From the NCBI RefSeq assembly GCF_009914755.1, contig NC_060925.1: a stretch of 64,000 nt of DNA; one strand, written 5' to 3'. Below are positions 40,901 to 54,441 of the stretch, one piece after another (position 1 is the first letter of the stretch; every line of letters begins with the position of its first letter). Position numbers and translations under genes: made by a program. Origin of the DNA: the human T2T-CHM13v2.0 reference genome, Homo sapiens. A model generated the notes under the pieces. It did not search any database. It had not been told where the DNA came from and was given only the letters and a program-made list of their open reading frames with translations.

Positions 40901-43900
40901 CGAATGGAATTATCATCGAATGGAATCGAATGGAATCAACATCAAACGGAAAAATACGGAATTATCGAATGGAATCGAAGAGAATCATCGAATGGACCCG
41001 AATGGAATCATCTAATGGAATGGAATGGAATAATCCATGGACTCGAATGCAATCATCATCGAATGGAATCGAATGGAATCATCGAATGGACTCGTATGGA
41101 ATAATCATTGAACGGAATCGAATGGCATCGTCATCGGATGGAAATGAATGGAATCATCATCGAATGGAATCGAATAGAATTATGGAATGAAATCCAGTGT
41201 GATCATCATCGAATGGACCCGAATGGAATCATCATCCAACGGAAGCTAATGGAATCAACATCGAATGAATCGAATGGAAACACCATCGAATTGAAACGAA
41301 TGGAATTACCATGAAATTGAAATGGATGGACTCATCATCGAATGGATTCGAATGGAATCATCGAATAAAATTGATTGAAATCATAATCGAATGGAATCGA
41401 ATGGTATCATTGAATGGAATCGAATGGAATCATCATCAGATGGAAATGAATGGAATCGTCATAGAATGGAATCGAATGGATTCATTGAATGGAATCAGAT
41501 GGAATCATCGAATGGACTGGAATGGAATCATTGAATGGACTCGAAAGGGATCATTATTGAATGGAATTGAATGGAATCATCGAATGGTCTCGATTGGAAT
41601 CATTATCAAATGGAATCGAATGGATTCACCGAATAGAATCGAATGGAACAATCATCGAATGGACTCAAATGGAATTATCCTCCAATGGAATCGAATGGAA
41701 TTATCGAATGCAATCGAATGGAATTATCGAATGCAATCGAATAGAATCATCGAATGGACTCGAATGGAATCATCGAATGGAATGGAATGGAACAGTCAAT
41801 GAACTCGAATGGAATCATCATTGAATGGAATCGAATGGAATCATCGAGTGGAATCGAATGGAATTATGATCAAATGGAATCGACTGTAATCATCATCAAA
41901 TGGAATCAAAAATAACCATCATCAACTGGTATTGAATGGAATTCTCATCAAATGGAATTCAAAGGAATCATCATCAAATGGAACTGAATGGAATCCTCAT
42001 TGAATGGAAATGAAAGGGGTCATCATCTAATGGAATCGCATGGAATCATCATCAAATGGAATCGAATGGAATCATCATCAAATGGAATCTGATGGAATCA
42101 TTGAACAGAATTGAATGGAATCGTCATCGAATGAATTGAATGCAATCATCGAATGGTCTCGAATGTAATCACATTCTAATGGAAAGGAATGGAATCATCG
42201 CATAGAATCGAATGGAATTAACATTGAATGGACTCGAATGGAATCAACATCAAACGGAATCAAGCGGAATTATCGAATGGAATCGAAGAGAATCATCGAA
42301 TGGACTCGAATGGAATCATCTAATGGAATGGAATGGAATAATCCACGGACTCGAATGCAATCATCATCGTATAGAATCGAATGGAATCATCGAATGGACT
42401 CGAATGGAATAACCATTGAACGGAATCGAATGGAATCATCATCGGATGGAAACGAATGGAATCATCATCGAATGGAAATGAAAGGAGTCATCATCTAATG
42501 GAATTGCATGGAATCATCATAAAATGGAATCGAATGGAATCATCATCAAATGGAATCAAATGGAAGCATTGAACGGAATTGAATGGAATCGTCATCGAAT
42601 GAATTGAATGCAACCATCGAATGATCTCGAATGGAATCATCTTCAAATGGAATGGAATGGAATCATCGCATAGAATCGAATGGAATTATCATCGAATGGA
42701 ATCGAATGGTATCATCATCAAACGGAAAAAAACGGTATAATCGAATGGAATCAAAGAGAATCTTCGAATGGACCCGAATGGAATCATCTAATGGAATGGA
42801 ATGGAATAATCCATGGACACGAATGCAATCATCATCGAATGGAATCGAATGGAATCATCGAATGGACTCGAATGGAATAATCATTGAACGGAATCGAATG
42901 GAATCATCATCGGATGGAAATGAAAGGAGTCATCATCTAATGGAATTGCATGGAATCATCATAAAATGGAATCGAATGGAATCATCATCAAATTGAATCA
43001 AATGGAATCATTGAACGGAATTGAATGGAATAGTCATCGAATGAATTGAATGCAATCATCCAATGGTCTCGAATGGAATCATCTTCAAATGGAATGGAAT
43101 GGAATCATCGCATAGAATCGAATGGAATTATCATCGAATGGAATCGAATGGAATCAACATCAAACGGAAAAAAACGGAATTATCGAATGGAATCGAAGAG
43201 AATCATCGAATGGACCCGAATGGAATCATCTAATGGAATGGAATGGAATAATCCATGGACTCGAATGCAATCATCATCGAATGGAATCGAATGGAATCAT
43301 CGAATGGACTCGAATGGAATAATCATTGAACGGAATCGAATGGAATCATCATTGGATGGAAACGAATGGAATCATCATCGAATGGAAATGAAAGGAGTCA
43401 TCATCTAATGGAATTGCATGGAATCATCATAAAATGGAATCGAATGGAATCAACATCAAATGGAATCAAATGGAATCATTGAACGGAATTGAATGGAATC
43501 GTCATCGAATGAATTGAATGCAATCATCGAATGGTCTCGAATGGAATCATCTTCAAATGGAATGGAATGGAATCATCGCATAGAATCGAATGGAATTATC
43601 ATCGAATGGATTCGAATGGTATCAACATCAAACGGAAAAAAACGGAATTATCGAATGGAATCAAAGAGAATCTTCGAACGGACCCGAATGGAATCATCTA
43701 ATGGAATGGAATGGAATAATCCATGGACTCGAATGCAATCATCATCGAATGGAATCGAATGGAATCATTGAAAGGACTCGTATGGAATAATCATTGAACG
43801 GAATCGAATGGAATCATCATCGGATGGAAATGAATGGAATCATCATCGAATGGAATCGAATAGAATTATGGAATGAAATCCCGTGTGATCATCATCGAAT

Positions 43901-44930
43901 GGACCCGAATGGAATCATCATCCAATGGAAGCTAATGGAATCAACATCCAATGAATCCAATGGAAACACCATCGAATTGAAACGAATGGAATTATCATGA
44001 AATTGAAATGGATGGACTCATCATCGAATGGATTCGAATGGAATCATCGAATAAAATTGATTGAAATCATCATCGAATGGAATCGAATGGTATCATTGAA
44101 TGGAATCGAATGGAATCATCATCAGATGGAAATGAATGGAATCGTCATAGAATGGAATCGAATGGATTCATTGAATGGAATCAGATGGAATCATCGAATG
44201 GACTGGAATGGAATCATTGAATGGACTTGAAAGGGATCATTATTGAATGGAATTGAATGGAATCATCGAATGGTCTCGATTGGAATCATTATCAAATGGA
44301 ATCGAATGGAATCACCGAATAGAATCGAATGGAACAATCATCGAATGGACTCAAATGGAATTATCCTCAAATAGAATCGAATGGAATTATCGAAAGCAAT
44401 CGAATGGAATTATCAAATGCAATCGAATAGAATCATCGAATGGACTCGAATGGAATCATCGAATGGAATGGAATGGAACAGTCAATAAACTCGAATGGAA
44501 TCATCATTGAATGGAATCGAATGGAATCATCGAGTGGAATCGAATGGAATTATGATCAAATGGAATCGAATGTAATCATCATCAAATGGAATCAAAAATA
44601 ACCATCATCAATTGGTATTGAATGGAATTGTCATCAAATGGAATTCAAAGGAATCATCATCAAATGGAACCGAATGGAATCCTCATTGAATGGAAATGAA
44701 AGGGGTCATCATCCAATGGAATCGCATGGAATCATCATCAAATGGAATCGAATGGAATCATCATCAAATGGAATCTAATGGAATCATTGAAAGAATTGAA
44801 TGGAATCATCATCGAATGAATTGAATGCAATCATCGAATGGTCTCGAATGGAATCATCTTCTAATGGAAAGGAATGGAATCATCGCATAGAATCGAATGG
44901 AATTATCATCGAATGGAATCGAATGGTATC
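34961..44930 (+). repeat. 10.23-kb higher-order repeat, copy 2 (tandem to copy 1, truncated about 260 bp early by the junction at 44930)
   Basis: Same unit order 1776, 1776, 2218, 2686 and the same rare variants (GAAAAGTCAATGAACAC, GGCATCGTC, ATCCCGTGT). The offset becomes 10,231 after the 1-bp indel near 32661. Confidence 0.9.
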
Positions 44931-47115
44931 ATTGAATGGAATCGAATGGAATCATCGAGTGGAATCGAATGTAATCATCATCAAATGGAATCAAAAATAA
45001 CCTTCATCAAATGGAATCAAAAATAACCATCATCAATTGGTATTGAATGGAATTCTCATCAAATGGAATTCAAAGGAATCATCATCAAATGGAACCGAAT
45101 GGAATCCTCATTGAATGGAAATGAAAGGGGTCATCATCTAATGGAATCGCAAGGAATCATCATAAAATGGAATCGAATGGAATCAACATCAAATGGAATC
45201 AAATGGAATCATTGAACGGAATTGAATGGAATCGTCATCGAATGAATTGAAAGCAATCATCGAATGTCTCGAATGGAATCATCTTCAAATGGAATGGAAT
45301 GGAATCATCGCATAGAATCGAAAGGAATTATCATCGAATGGAATCGAATGGAATCAACACCAAACGGAAAAAAACGGAATTATCGAATGGAATCGAAGAG
45401 AATCATCGAATGGACCCGAATGGAATCATCTAATGGAATGGAATGGAATAATCCATGGACTCGAATGCAATCATCATCGAATGGAATCGAATGGAATCAT
45501 CCAATGGACTCGAATGGAATAATCATTGAACGGAATCGAATGGAATCATCATCGGATGGAAATGAATGGAATCATCATCGAATGGAATCGAATAGAATTA
45601 TGGAATGAAATCCAGTGTGATCATCATCGAATGGACCCGAATGGAATCATCATCCAACGGATGCTAATGGAATCAACATCGAATGAATCAAATGGAAACA
45701 CCATCGAATTGAAACGAATGGAATTACCATGAAATTGAAATGGATGGACTCATCATCGAATGGATTCGAAAGGAAACATCGAATAAAATTGATTGAAATC
45801 ATCATCGAATGGAATCGAATGGTATCATTGAATGGAATCGAATGGAATCATCATCAGATGGAAATGAATGGAATCGTCATAGAATGGAATCGAATGGATT
45901 CATTGAATGGAATCAGATGGAATCATCGAATGGACTGGAATGGAATCATTGAATGGACTCGAAAGAGATCATGATTGAATGGAATTGAATAGAATCATCG
46001 AATGGTCTCGATTGGAATCATTATCAAATGGAATCGAATGGAATCACCGAATAGAATCGAATGGAACAATCATCAAATGGACTCAAATGGAATTATCCTC
46101 AAATGGAATCGAATGGAATTATCGAATGCAATCGAATGGAATTATCGAATGCAATCGAATAGAATCATCGAATGGACTCGAATGGAATCATCGAATGGAA
46201 TGGAATGGAACAGTCAATGAACTCGAATGGAATCATCATTGAATGGAATCGAATGGAATCATCGAGTGGAATCGAATGGAATTATGATCAAATGGAATCG
46301 AATGTAATCATCATCAAATGGAATCAAAAATAACCATCATCAATTGGTATTGAATGGAATTGTCATCAAGTGGAATTCAAAGGAAACATCATCAAATGGA
46401 ACCGAATGGAATCCTCATTGAATGGAAATGAAAGGGGTCATCGTCTAATGGAATCGCATGGAATCATCATCAAATGGAATCGAATGGAATCATCATCAAA
46501 TGGAATCTAATGGAATCATTCAACAGAATTGAATGGAATCGTCATCGAATGAATTGAATGCAATCATCGAATGGTCTCGAATGGAACCATCTTCTAATGG
46601 AAAGGAATGGAATCATCGCATAGAATCGAATGGAATTGTCATCGAATGGAATCGAATGGTATCAACACCAAACGGAAAAAAACGGAATTATCGAATGGAA
46701 TCGAAGAGAATCTTCGAACGGACCCGAATGGAATCATCTAATGGAATGGAATGGAATAATCCATGGACTCGAATGCAATCATCATCGAATGGAATCGAAT
46801 GGAATCATCGAATGGACTCGAATGGAATAATCATTGAACGGAATCGAATGGAATCATCATCGGATGGAAACGAATGGAATCATCATCGGATGGGAATGAA
46901 AGGAGTCATCATCTAATGGAATTGCATGGAATCATCATAAAATGGAATCGAATGGAATCAACATCAAATGGAATCAAATGGAATCATTGAACGGAATTGA
47001 ATGGAATCGTCATCGAATGAATTGAATGCAATCATCGAATGGTCTCGAATGGAATCATCTTCAAATGGAATGGAATGGAATCATTGCATAGAATCGAATG
47101 GAATTATCATCGAAT
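44931..47115 (+). repeat. Dispersed copy of about 2929-5090 (offset about 42,001, then 42,024 after a 23-bp indel)
   Basis: Shared rare variants TCGAAAGGAATT, TTGAATAGAATC, ATTCAACAG, GGAACCATC, CGGATGGGAATG, CATTGCATAG. ORF pairs 3525/45526, 4509/46533, 4977/47001. Confidence 0.82.
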
Positions 47116-50100
47116 GGAATCGAATGGTATCAACATCAAACGGAAAAAAACGGAATTATCGAATGGAATCGAAGAGAATCTTCGAACGTACCCGAATGGA
47201 ATCATCTAATGGAGTGGAATGGAATAATCCATGGACTCGAATGCAATCATCATCGAATGGAATCGAATGGAATCATCGAATGGTCTCGAATGGAATAATC
47301 ATTGAACGGAATCGAATGGAATCATCATCGGATGGAAATGAATGGAATGATCATCGAATGGAATCGAATAGAATTATGGAATGAAATCCAGTGTGATCAT
47401 CATCGAATGGACCCGAATGGAATCATCATCCAACGGAAGCTAATGGAATCAACATCGAATGAATCGAATGGAAACACCATCGAATTGAAACGAATGGAAT
47501 TATCATGAAATTGAAATGGATGGACCCATCATCGAATGGATTCGAATGGAATCATCGAATAAAATTGATTGAAATCATCATCAAATGGAATCGAATGGTG
47601 TCATTGAATGGGATCGAATGGAATCATCGTCAGATGGAAATGAATGGAATCGTCATAGAATGGAATCGAATGGATTCATTGAATGGAATCAGATGGAATC
47701 ATCGAATGGACTGGAATGGAATCATTGAATGGACTCGAATGGAATCATTATTGAATGGAATTGAATGGAATCATCGAATGGTCTCGATTGGAATCATTAT
47801 CACATGGAATCGAATGGAATCACCGAATAGAATCGAATGGAACAATCATCGAATTGACTCAAATGGAATTATCCTCAAATGGAATCGAATGGAATTATCG
47901 AATGCAATCGAATGGAATTATCGAATGCAATCGAATAGAATCATCGAATGGACTCGAATGGAATCATCGAATGGAATGGAATGGAACAGTCAATGAACTC
48001 GAATGGAATCATCATTGAATGGAATCGAATGGAATCATCGAGTGGAATCGAATGGAATTATGATCAAATGGAATCGAATGTAATCCTCATCAAATGGAAT
48101 CAAAAATAACGATCATCAATTGGTATTGAATGGAATTGTCATCAAATGGAATTGAAAGGAATCATCATCAAATGGAACCGAATGGAATCCTCATTGAATG
48201 GAAATGAAAGTGGTCATCATCTAATGGAATCGCATGGAATCATCATCAAATGGAATCGAATGGAATCATCATGAAATGGAATCTAAGGGAATCATTGAAC
48301 AGAATTGAATGGAATCGTCATCGAATGAATTGAATGCAATCATCGAATGGTCTCGAATGGAATCATCTTCAAATGGAAAGGAATGGAATCATCGCATAGA
48401 ATCGAATGGAATTATCATCGAATGGAATCCAATGGTATCAACATCAAACGGAAAAAAACGGAATTATGGAATGGAATCGAAGAGAATCTTCGAACGGACC
48501 CGAATGGAATCATCTAATGGAATGGAATGGAATAATCCATGGACTCGAATGCAATCATCATCAAATGGAATCGAATGGAATCATCGAATGGACTCGAATG
48601 GAATAATCATTGAACGGAATCGAATGGAATCATCATCGGATGGAAACGAATGGAATCATCATCGAATGGAAATGAAAGGAGTCATCATCTAATGGAATTG
48701 CATGGAATCATCATAAAATGGAATCGAATGGAATCAACATCAAATGGAATCAAATGGAATCATTGAACGGAATTGAATGGAATCGTCATCGAATGAATTG
48801 ACTGCAATCATCGAATGGTCTCGAATGGAATCATCTTCAAATGGAATGGAATGGAATCATCGCATAGAATCGAATGGAATTATCATCGAATGGATTCGAA
48901 TGGAATCAACATCAAACGGAAAAAAACGGAATTATCGAATGGAATCGAAGGGAATCATCGAAGGGACCCGAATGGAATCATCTAATGGAATGGAATGGAA
49001 TAATCCATGGACTCGAATGCAATCATCATCGAATGGAATCGAATGGAATCATCGAATGGACTCGAATGGAATAATCATTGAACGGAATCGAATGGAATCA
49101 TCATCGGATGGAAATGAATGGAGTCATCATCGAATGGAATCGAATAGAATTATGGAATGAAATCCAGTGTGATCATCATCGAATGGACCCGAATGGAATC
49201 ATCATCCAACGGAAGCTAATGGAATCAACATCGAATGAATCAAATGGAAACATCATCGAATTGAAACGAATGGAATTACCATGAAATTAAATTGGATGGA
49301 CTCATCCTCAAATGGATTCGAGTGGAATCATCGAATAAAATTGATTGAAATCATCATCAAATGGAATCGAATGGTATCATTGAATGGAATCGAATGGAAT
49401 CATCATCAGATGGAAATGAAAGGAATCGTCATAGAATGGAATCAAATGGATTCATTGAATGGAATCAGATGGAATCATTGAATGGACTGGAATGGAATCA
49501 TTGAATGGACTCGAAAGGGATCATTATTGAATGGAATTGAATGGAATCATCGAATGGTCTCGATTGGAATCATTATCAAATGGAATCGAATGGAATCACC
49601 GAATAGAATCGAATGGAACAATCATCGAATGGACTCAAATGGAATTATCCTCAAATGGAATTGAATGGAATTATCGAATGAAATCGAATGGAATTATCGA
49701 ATGCAATCGAATAGAATCATCGAATGGACTCGAATGGAATCATCGAATGGAATGGAATGGAACAGTCAATGAACTCGAATGGAATCATCATTGAATGGAA
49801 TCGAATGGAATCATCGAGTGGAATCGAATGTAATCATCATCAAATGGAATCAAAAGTAACCATCATCAAATGGAATCAAAAATAACCATCATCAATTGGT
49901 ATTGAATGGAATTCTCATCAAATGGAATTCAAAGGAATCATCATCAAATGGAACCGAATGGAATCCTCATTGAATGGAAATGAAAGGGGTCATCATCTAA
50001 TGGAATCGCATGGAATCATCATAAAATGGAATCGAATGGAATCAACATCAAATGGAATCAAATGGAATCATTGAACGGAATTGAATGGAATCGTCATCGA

Positions 50101-50329
50101 ATGAATTGAATGCAATCATCGAATGGTCTCGAATGGAATCATCTTCAAATGGAATGGAATGGAATCATCGCATAGAATCGAATGGAATTATCATCGAATG
50201 GAATCGAATGGAATCAACATCAAACGGAAAAAAACCGAATTATCGAATGGAATCGAAGAGAATCATCGAATTGACCCGAATGGAATCATCTAATGGAATG
50301 GAATGGAATAATCCATGGACTCGAATGCA

Positions 50330-52700
50330 ATCATCATCGAATGGAATCGAATGGAATCATCGAATGGACTCGAATGGAATAATCATTGAACGGATCGAAT
50401 GGAATCATCATCGGATGGAAATGAAAGGAGTCATCATCTAATGGAATTGCATGGAATCATCATAAAATGGAATCGAATGGAATCAACATCAAATGGAATC
50501 AAATGGAATCATTGAACGGAATTGAATGGAATCGTCATCGAATGAATTGAATGCAATCATCGAATGGTCTCGAATGGAATCATCTTCAAATGGAATGGAA
50601 TGGAATCATCGCATAGAATCGAATGGAATTATCATCGAATGGAATCGAATGGAATCAACATCAAACGGAAAAAAACGGAATTATCGAATGGAATCGAAGA
50701 GAATCATCGAATGGACCCGAATGGAATCATCTAATGGAATGGAATGGAATAATCCATGGACTCGAATGCAATCATCATCGAATGGAATCGAATGGAATCA
50801 TCGAATGGACTCGAATGGAATAATCATTGAACGGAATCGAATGGAATCATCATTGGATGGAAACGAATGGAATCATCATCGAATGGAAATGAAAGGAGTC
50901 ATCATCTAATGGAATTGCATGGAATCATCATAAAATGGAATCGAATGGAATCAACATCAAATGGAATCAAATGGAATCATTGAACGGAATTGAATGGAAT
51001 CGTCATCGAATGAATTGAATGCAATCATCGAATGGTCTCGAATGGAATCATCTTCAAATGGAATGGAATGGAATCATCGCATAGAATCGAATGGAATTAT
51101 CATCGAATGGAATCGAATGGTATCAACATCAAACGGAAAAAAACGGAATTATCGAATGGAATCAAAGAGAATCTTCGAACGGACCCGAATGGAATCATCT
51201 AATGGAATGGAATGGAATAATCCATGGACTCGAATGCAATCATCATCGAATGGAATCGAATGGAATCATTGAAAGGACTCGTATGGAATAATCATTGAAC
51301 GGAATCGAATGGAATCATCATCGGATGGAAATGAATGGAATCATCATCGAATGGAATCGAATAGAATTATGGAATGAAATCCCGTGTGATCATCATCGAA
51401 TGGACCCGAATGGAATCATCATCCAACGGAAGCTAATGGAATCAACATCCAATGAATCGAATGGAAACACCATCGAATTGAAACGAATGGAATTATCATG
51501 AAATTGAAATGGATGGACTCATCATCGAATGGATTCGAATGGAATCATCGAATAAAATTGATTGAAATCATCATCGAATGGAATCGAATGGTATCATTGA
51601 ATGGAATCGAATGGAATCATCATCAGATGGAAATGAATGGAATCGTCATAGAATGGAATCGAATGGATTCATTGAATGGAATCAGATGGAATCATCGAAT
51701 GGACTGGAATGGAATCATTGAATGGACTCGAAAGGGATCATTATTGAATGGAATTGAATGGAATCATCGAATGGTCTCGATTGGAATCATTATCAAATGG
51801 AATCGAATGGAATCACCGAATAGAATCGAATGGAACAATCATCGAATGGACTCAAATGGAATTATCCTCAAATAGAATCGAATGGAATTATCGAAAGCAA
51901 TCGAATGGAATTATCAAATGCAATCGAATAGAATCATCGAATGGACTCGAATGGAATCATCGAATGGAATGGAATGGAACAGTCAATAAACTCGAATGGA
52001 ATCATCATTGAATGGAATCGAATGGAATCATCGAGTGGAATCGAATGGAATTATGATCAAATGGAATCGAATGTAATCATCATCAAATGGAATCAAAAAT
52101 AACCATCATCAATTGGTATTGAATGGAATTGTCATCAAATGGAATTCAAAGGAATCATCATCAAATGGAACCGAATGGAATCCTCATTGAATGGAAATGA
52201 AAGGGGTCATCATCCAATGGAATCGCATGGAATCATCATCAAATGGAATCGAATGGAATCATCATCAAATGGAATCTAATGGAATCATTGAAAGAATTGA
52301 ATGGAATCATCATCGAATGAATTGAATGCAATCATCGAATGGTCTCGAATGGAATCATCTTCTAATGGAAAGGAATGGAATCATCGCATAGAATCGAATG
52401 GAATTATCATCGAATGGAATCGAATGGTATCAACACCAAACGGAAAATAACGGAATTATCGAATGGAATCGAAGAGAATCTTCGAACGGACCCGAATGGA
52501 ATCATCTAATGGAATGGAATGGAATAATCCATGGACTCGAATGCAATCATCATCGAATGGAATCGAATGGAATCATCGAATGGACTCGAATGGAATAATC
52601 ATTGAACGGAATCGAATGGAATCATCATCGGATGGAAACGAATGGAATCATCATCGAATGGAAATGAAAGGAGTCATCATCTAATGGAATTGCATGGAAT
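50330..52700 (+). repeat. Partial copy of the 3' end of HOR copy 1 (about 32600-34970), offset 17,732 bp
   Basis: Shares the 1-bp deletion GAACGGATCG (32661/50393) plus CATTGGATGG, GAAAGGACTCGTATGG, ATCCCGTGT, CAATAAACTC. Pairs 32794/50526, 33563/51295, 34666/52398. Confidence 0.85.
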
Positions 52701-54441
52701 CATCATCAAATGGAATCGAATGGAATCAACATCAAATGGAATCAAATGGAATCATTGAACGGAATTGAATGGAATCATCATCGAATGAATTGAATGCAAT
52801 CATCGAATGGTCTCGAATGGAATCATCTTCAAATGGAATGGAATGGAATCATCGCATAGAATCGAATGGAATTATCATCGAATGGAATCGAATGGAATCA
52901 ACATCAAACGGAAAAAAACGTAATTATCGAATGGAATCGAAGAGAATCATCGAATGGACCCGAATGGAATCATCTAATGGAAAGGAATGGAATAATCCAT
53001 GGACTCGAATGCAATCATCATCGAATGGAATCGAATGGAATCATCGAATGGACTCGAATGGAATAATAATTGAACGGAATCGAATGGAATCATCATCGGA
53101 TGGAAATGAATGGAATCATCATCGAATGGAATCGAATAGAATTATGGAATGAAATCCAGTGTGATCATCATCGAATGGACCCGAATGGAATCATCATCCA
53201 ACGGAAGCTAATGGAATCAACATCGAATGAATCAAATGGAAACACCATCGAATTGAAACGAATGGAATTACCATGAAATTGAAATGGATGGACTCATCCT
53301 CAAATGGATTCGAATGGAATCATCGAATAAAATTGATTGAAATCATCATCGAATGGAATCGAATGGTATCATTGAATGGAATCGAATGGAATCATCATCA
53401 GATGGAAATGAAAGGAATCGTCATAGAATGGAATCGAATGGATTCATTGAATGGAATCAGATGGAATCATCGAATGGACTGGAATGGAATCATTGAATGG
53501 ACTCGAAAGGGATCATTATTGAATGGAATTGAATGGAATCATCGAATGGTCTCGATTGGAATCATTATCAAATGGAATCGAATGGAATCACCAAATAGAA
53601 TCGAATGGAATAATCATCGAATGGACTCAAATGGAATTATCCTCAAATGGAATTGAATGGAATTATCGAATGCAATCGAATGGAATTATCGAATGCAATC
53701 GAATAGAATCATCGAATGGACTCGAATGGAATCATCGAATGGAATGGAATGGAACAGTCAATGAACTCGAATGGAATCATCATTGAATGGAATCGAATGG
53801 AATCATCCAGTGGAATCGAATGTAATCATCATCAAATGGAATCAAAAATAACCATCATCAAATGGAATCAAAAATAACCATCATCAATTGGTATTGAATG
53901 GAATTCTCATCAAATGGAATTCAAAGGAATCATCATCAAATGGAACCGAATGGAATCCTCATTGAATGGAAATGAAAGGGGTCATCATCTAATGGAATCG
54001 CATGGAATCATCATCAAATGGAATCGAATGGAATCATCATCAAATGGAATCTAATGGAATCATTGAAAAGAATTGAATGGAATCGTCATCGAATGAATTG
54101 AATGCAATCATCGAATGGTCTCGAATGGAATCATCTTCAAATGGAATGGAATGGAATCATCGCATAGAATCGAATGGAATTATCATCGAATGGAATCGAA
54201 TGGAATCAACATCTAACGGAAAAAAACGGAATTATCGAATGGAATCGAAGAGAATCATCGAATGGACCCGAATGGAATCATCTAATGGAATGGAATGGAA
54301 TAATCCATGGACTCGAATGCAATCATCATCGAATGGAATCGAATGGAATCATCGAATGGACTCGAATGGAATAATCATTGAACGGAATCGAATGGAATCA
54401 TCATCGGATGGAAATGAAAGGAGTCATCATCTAATGGAATT

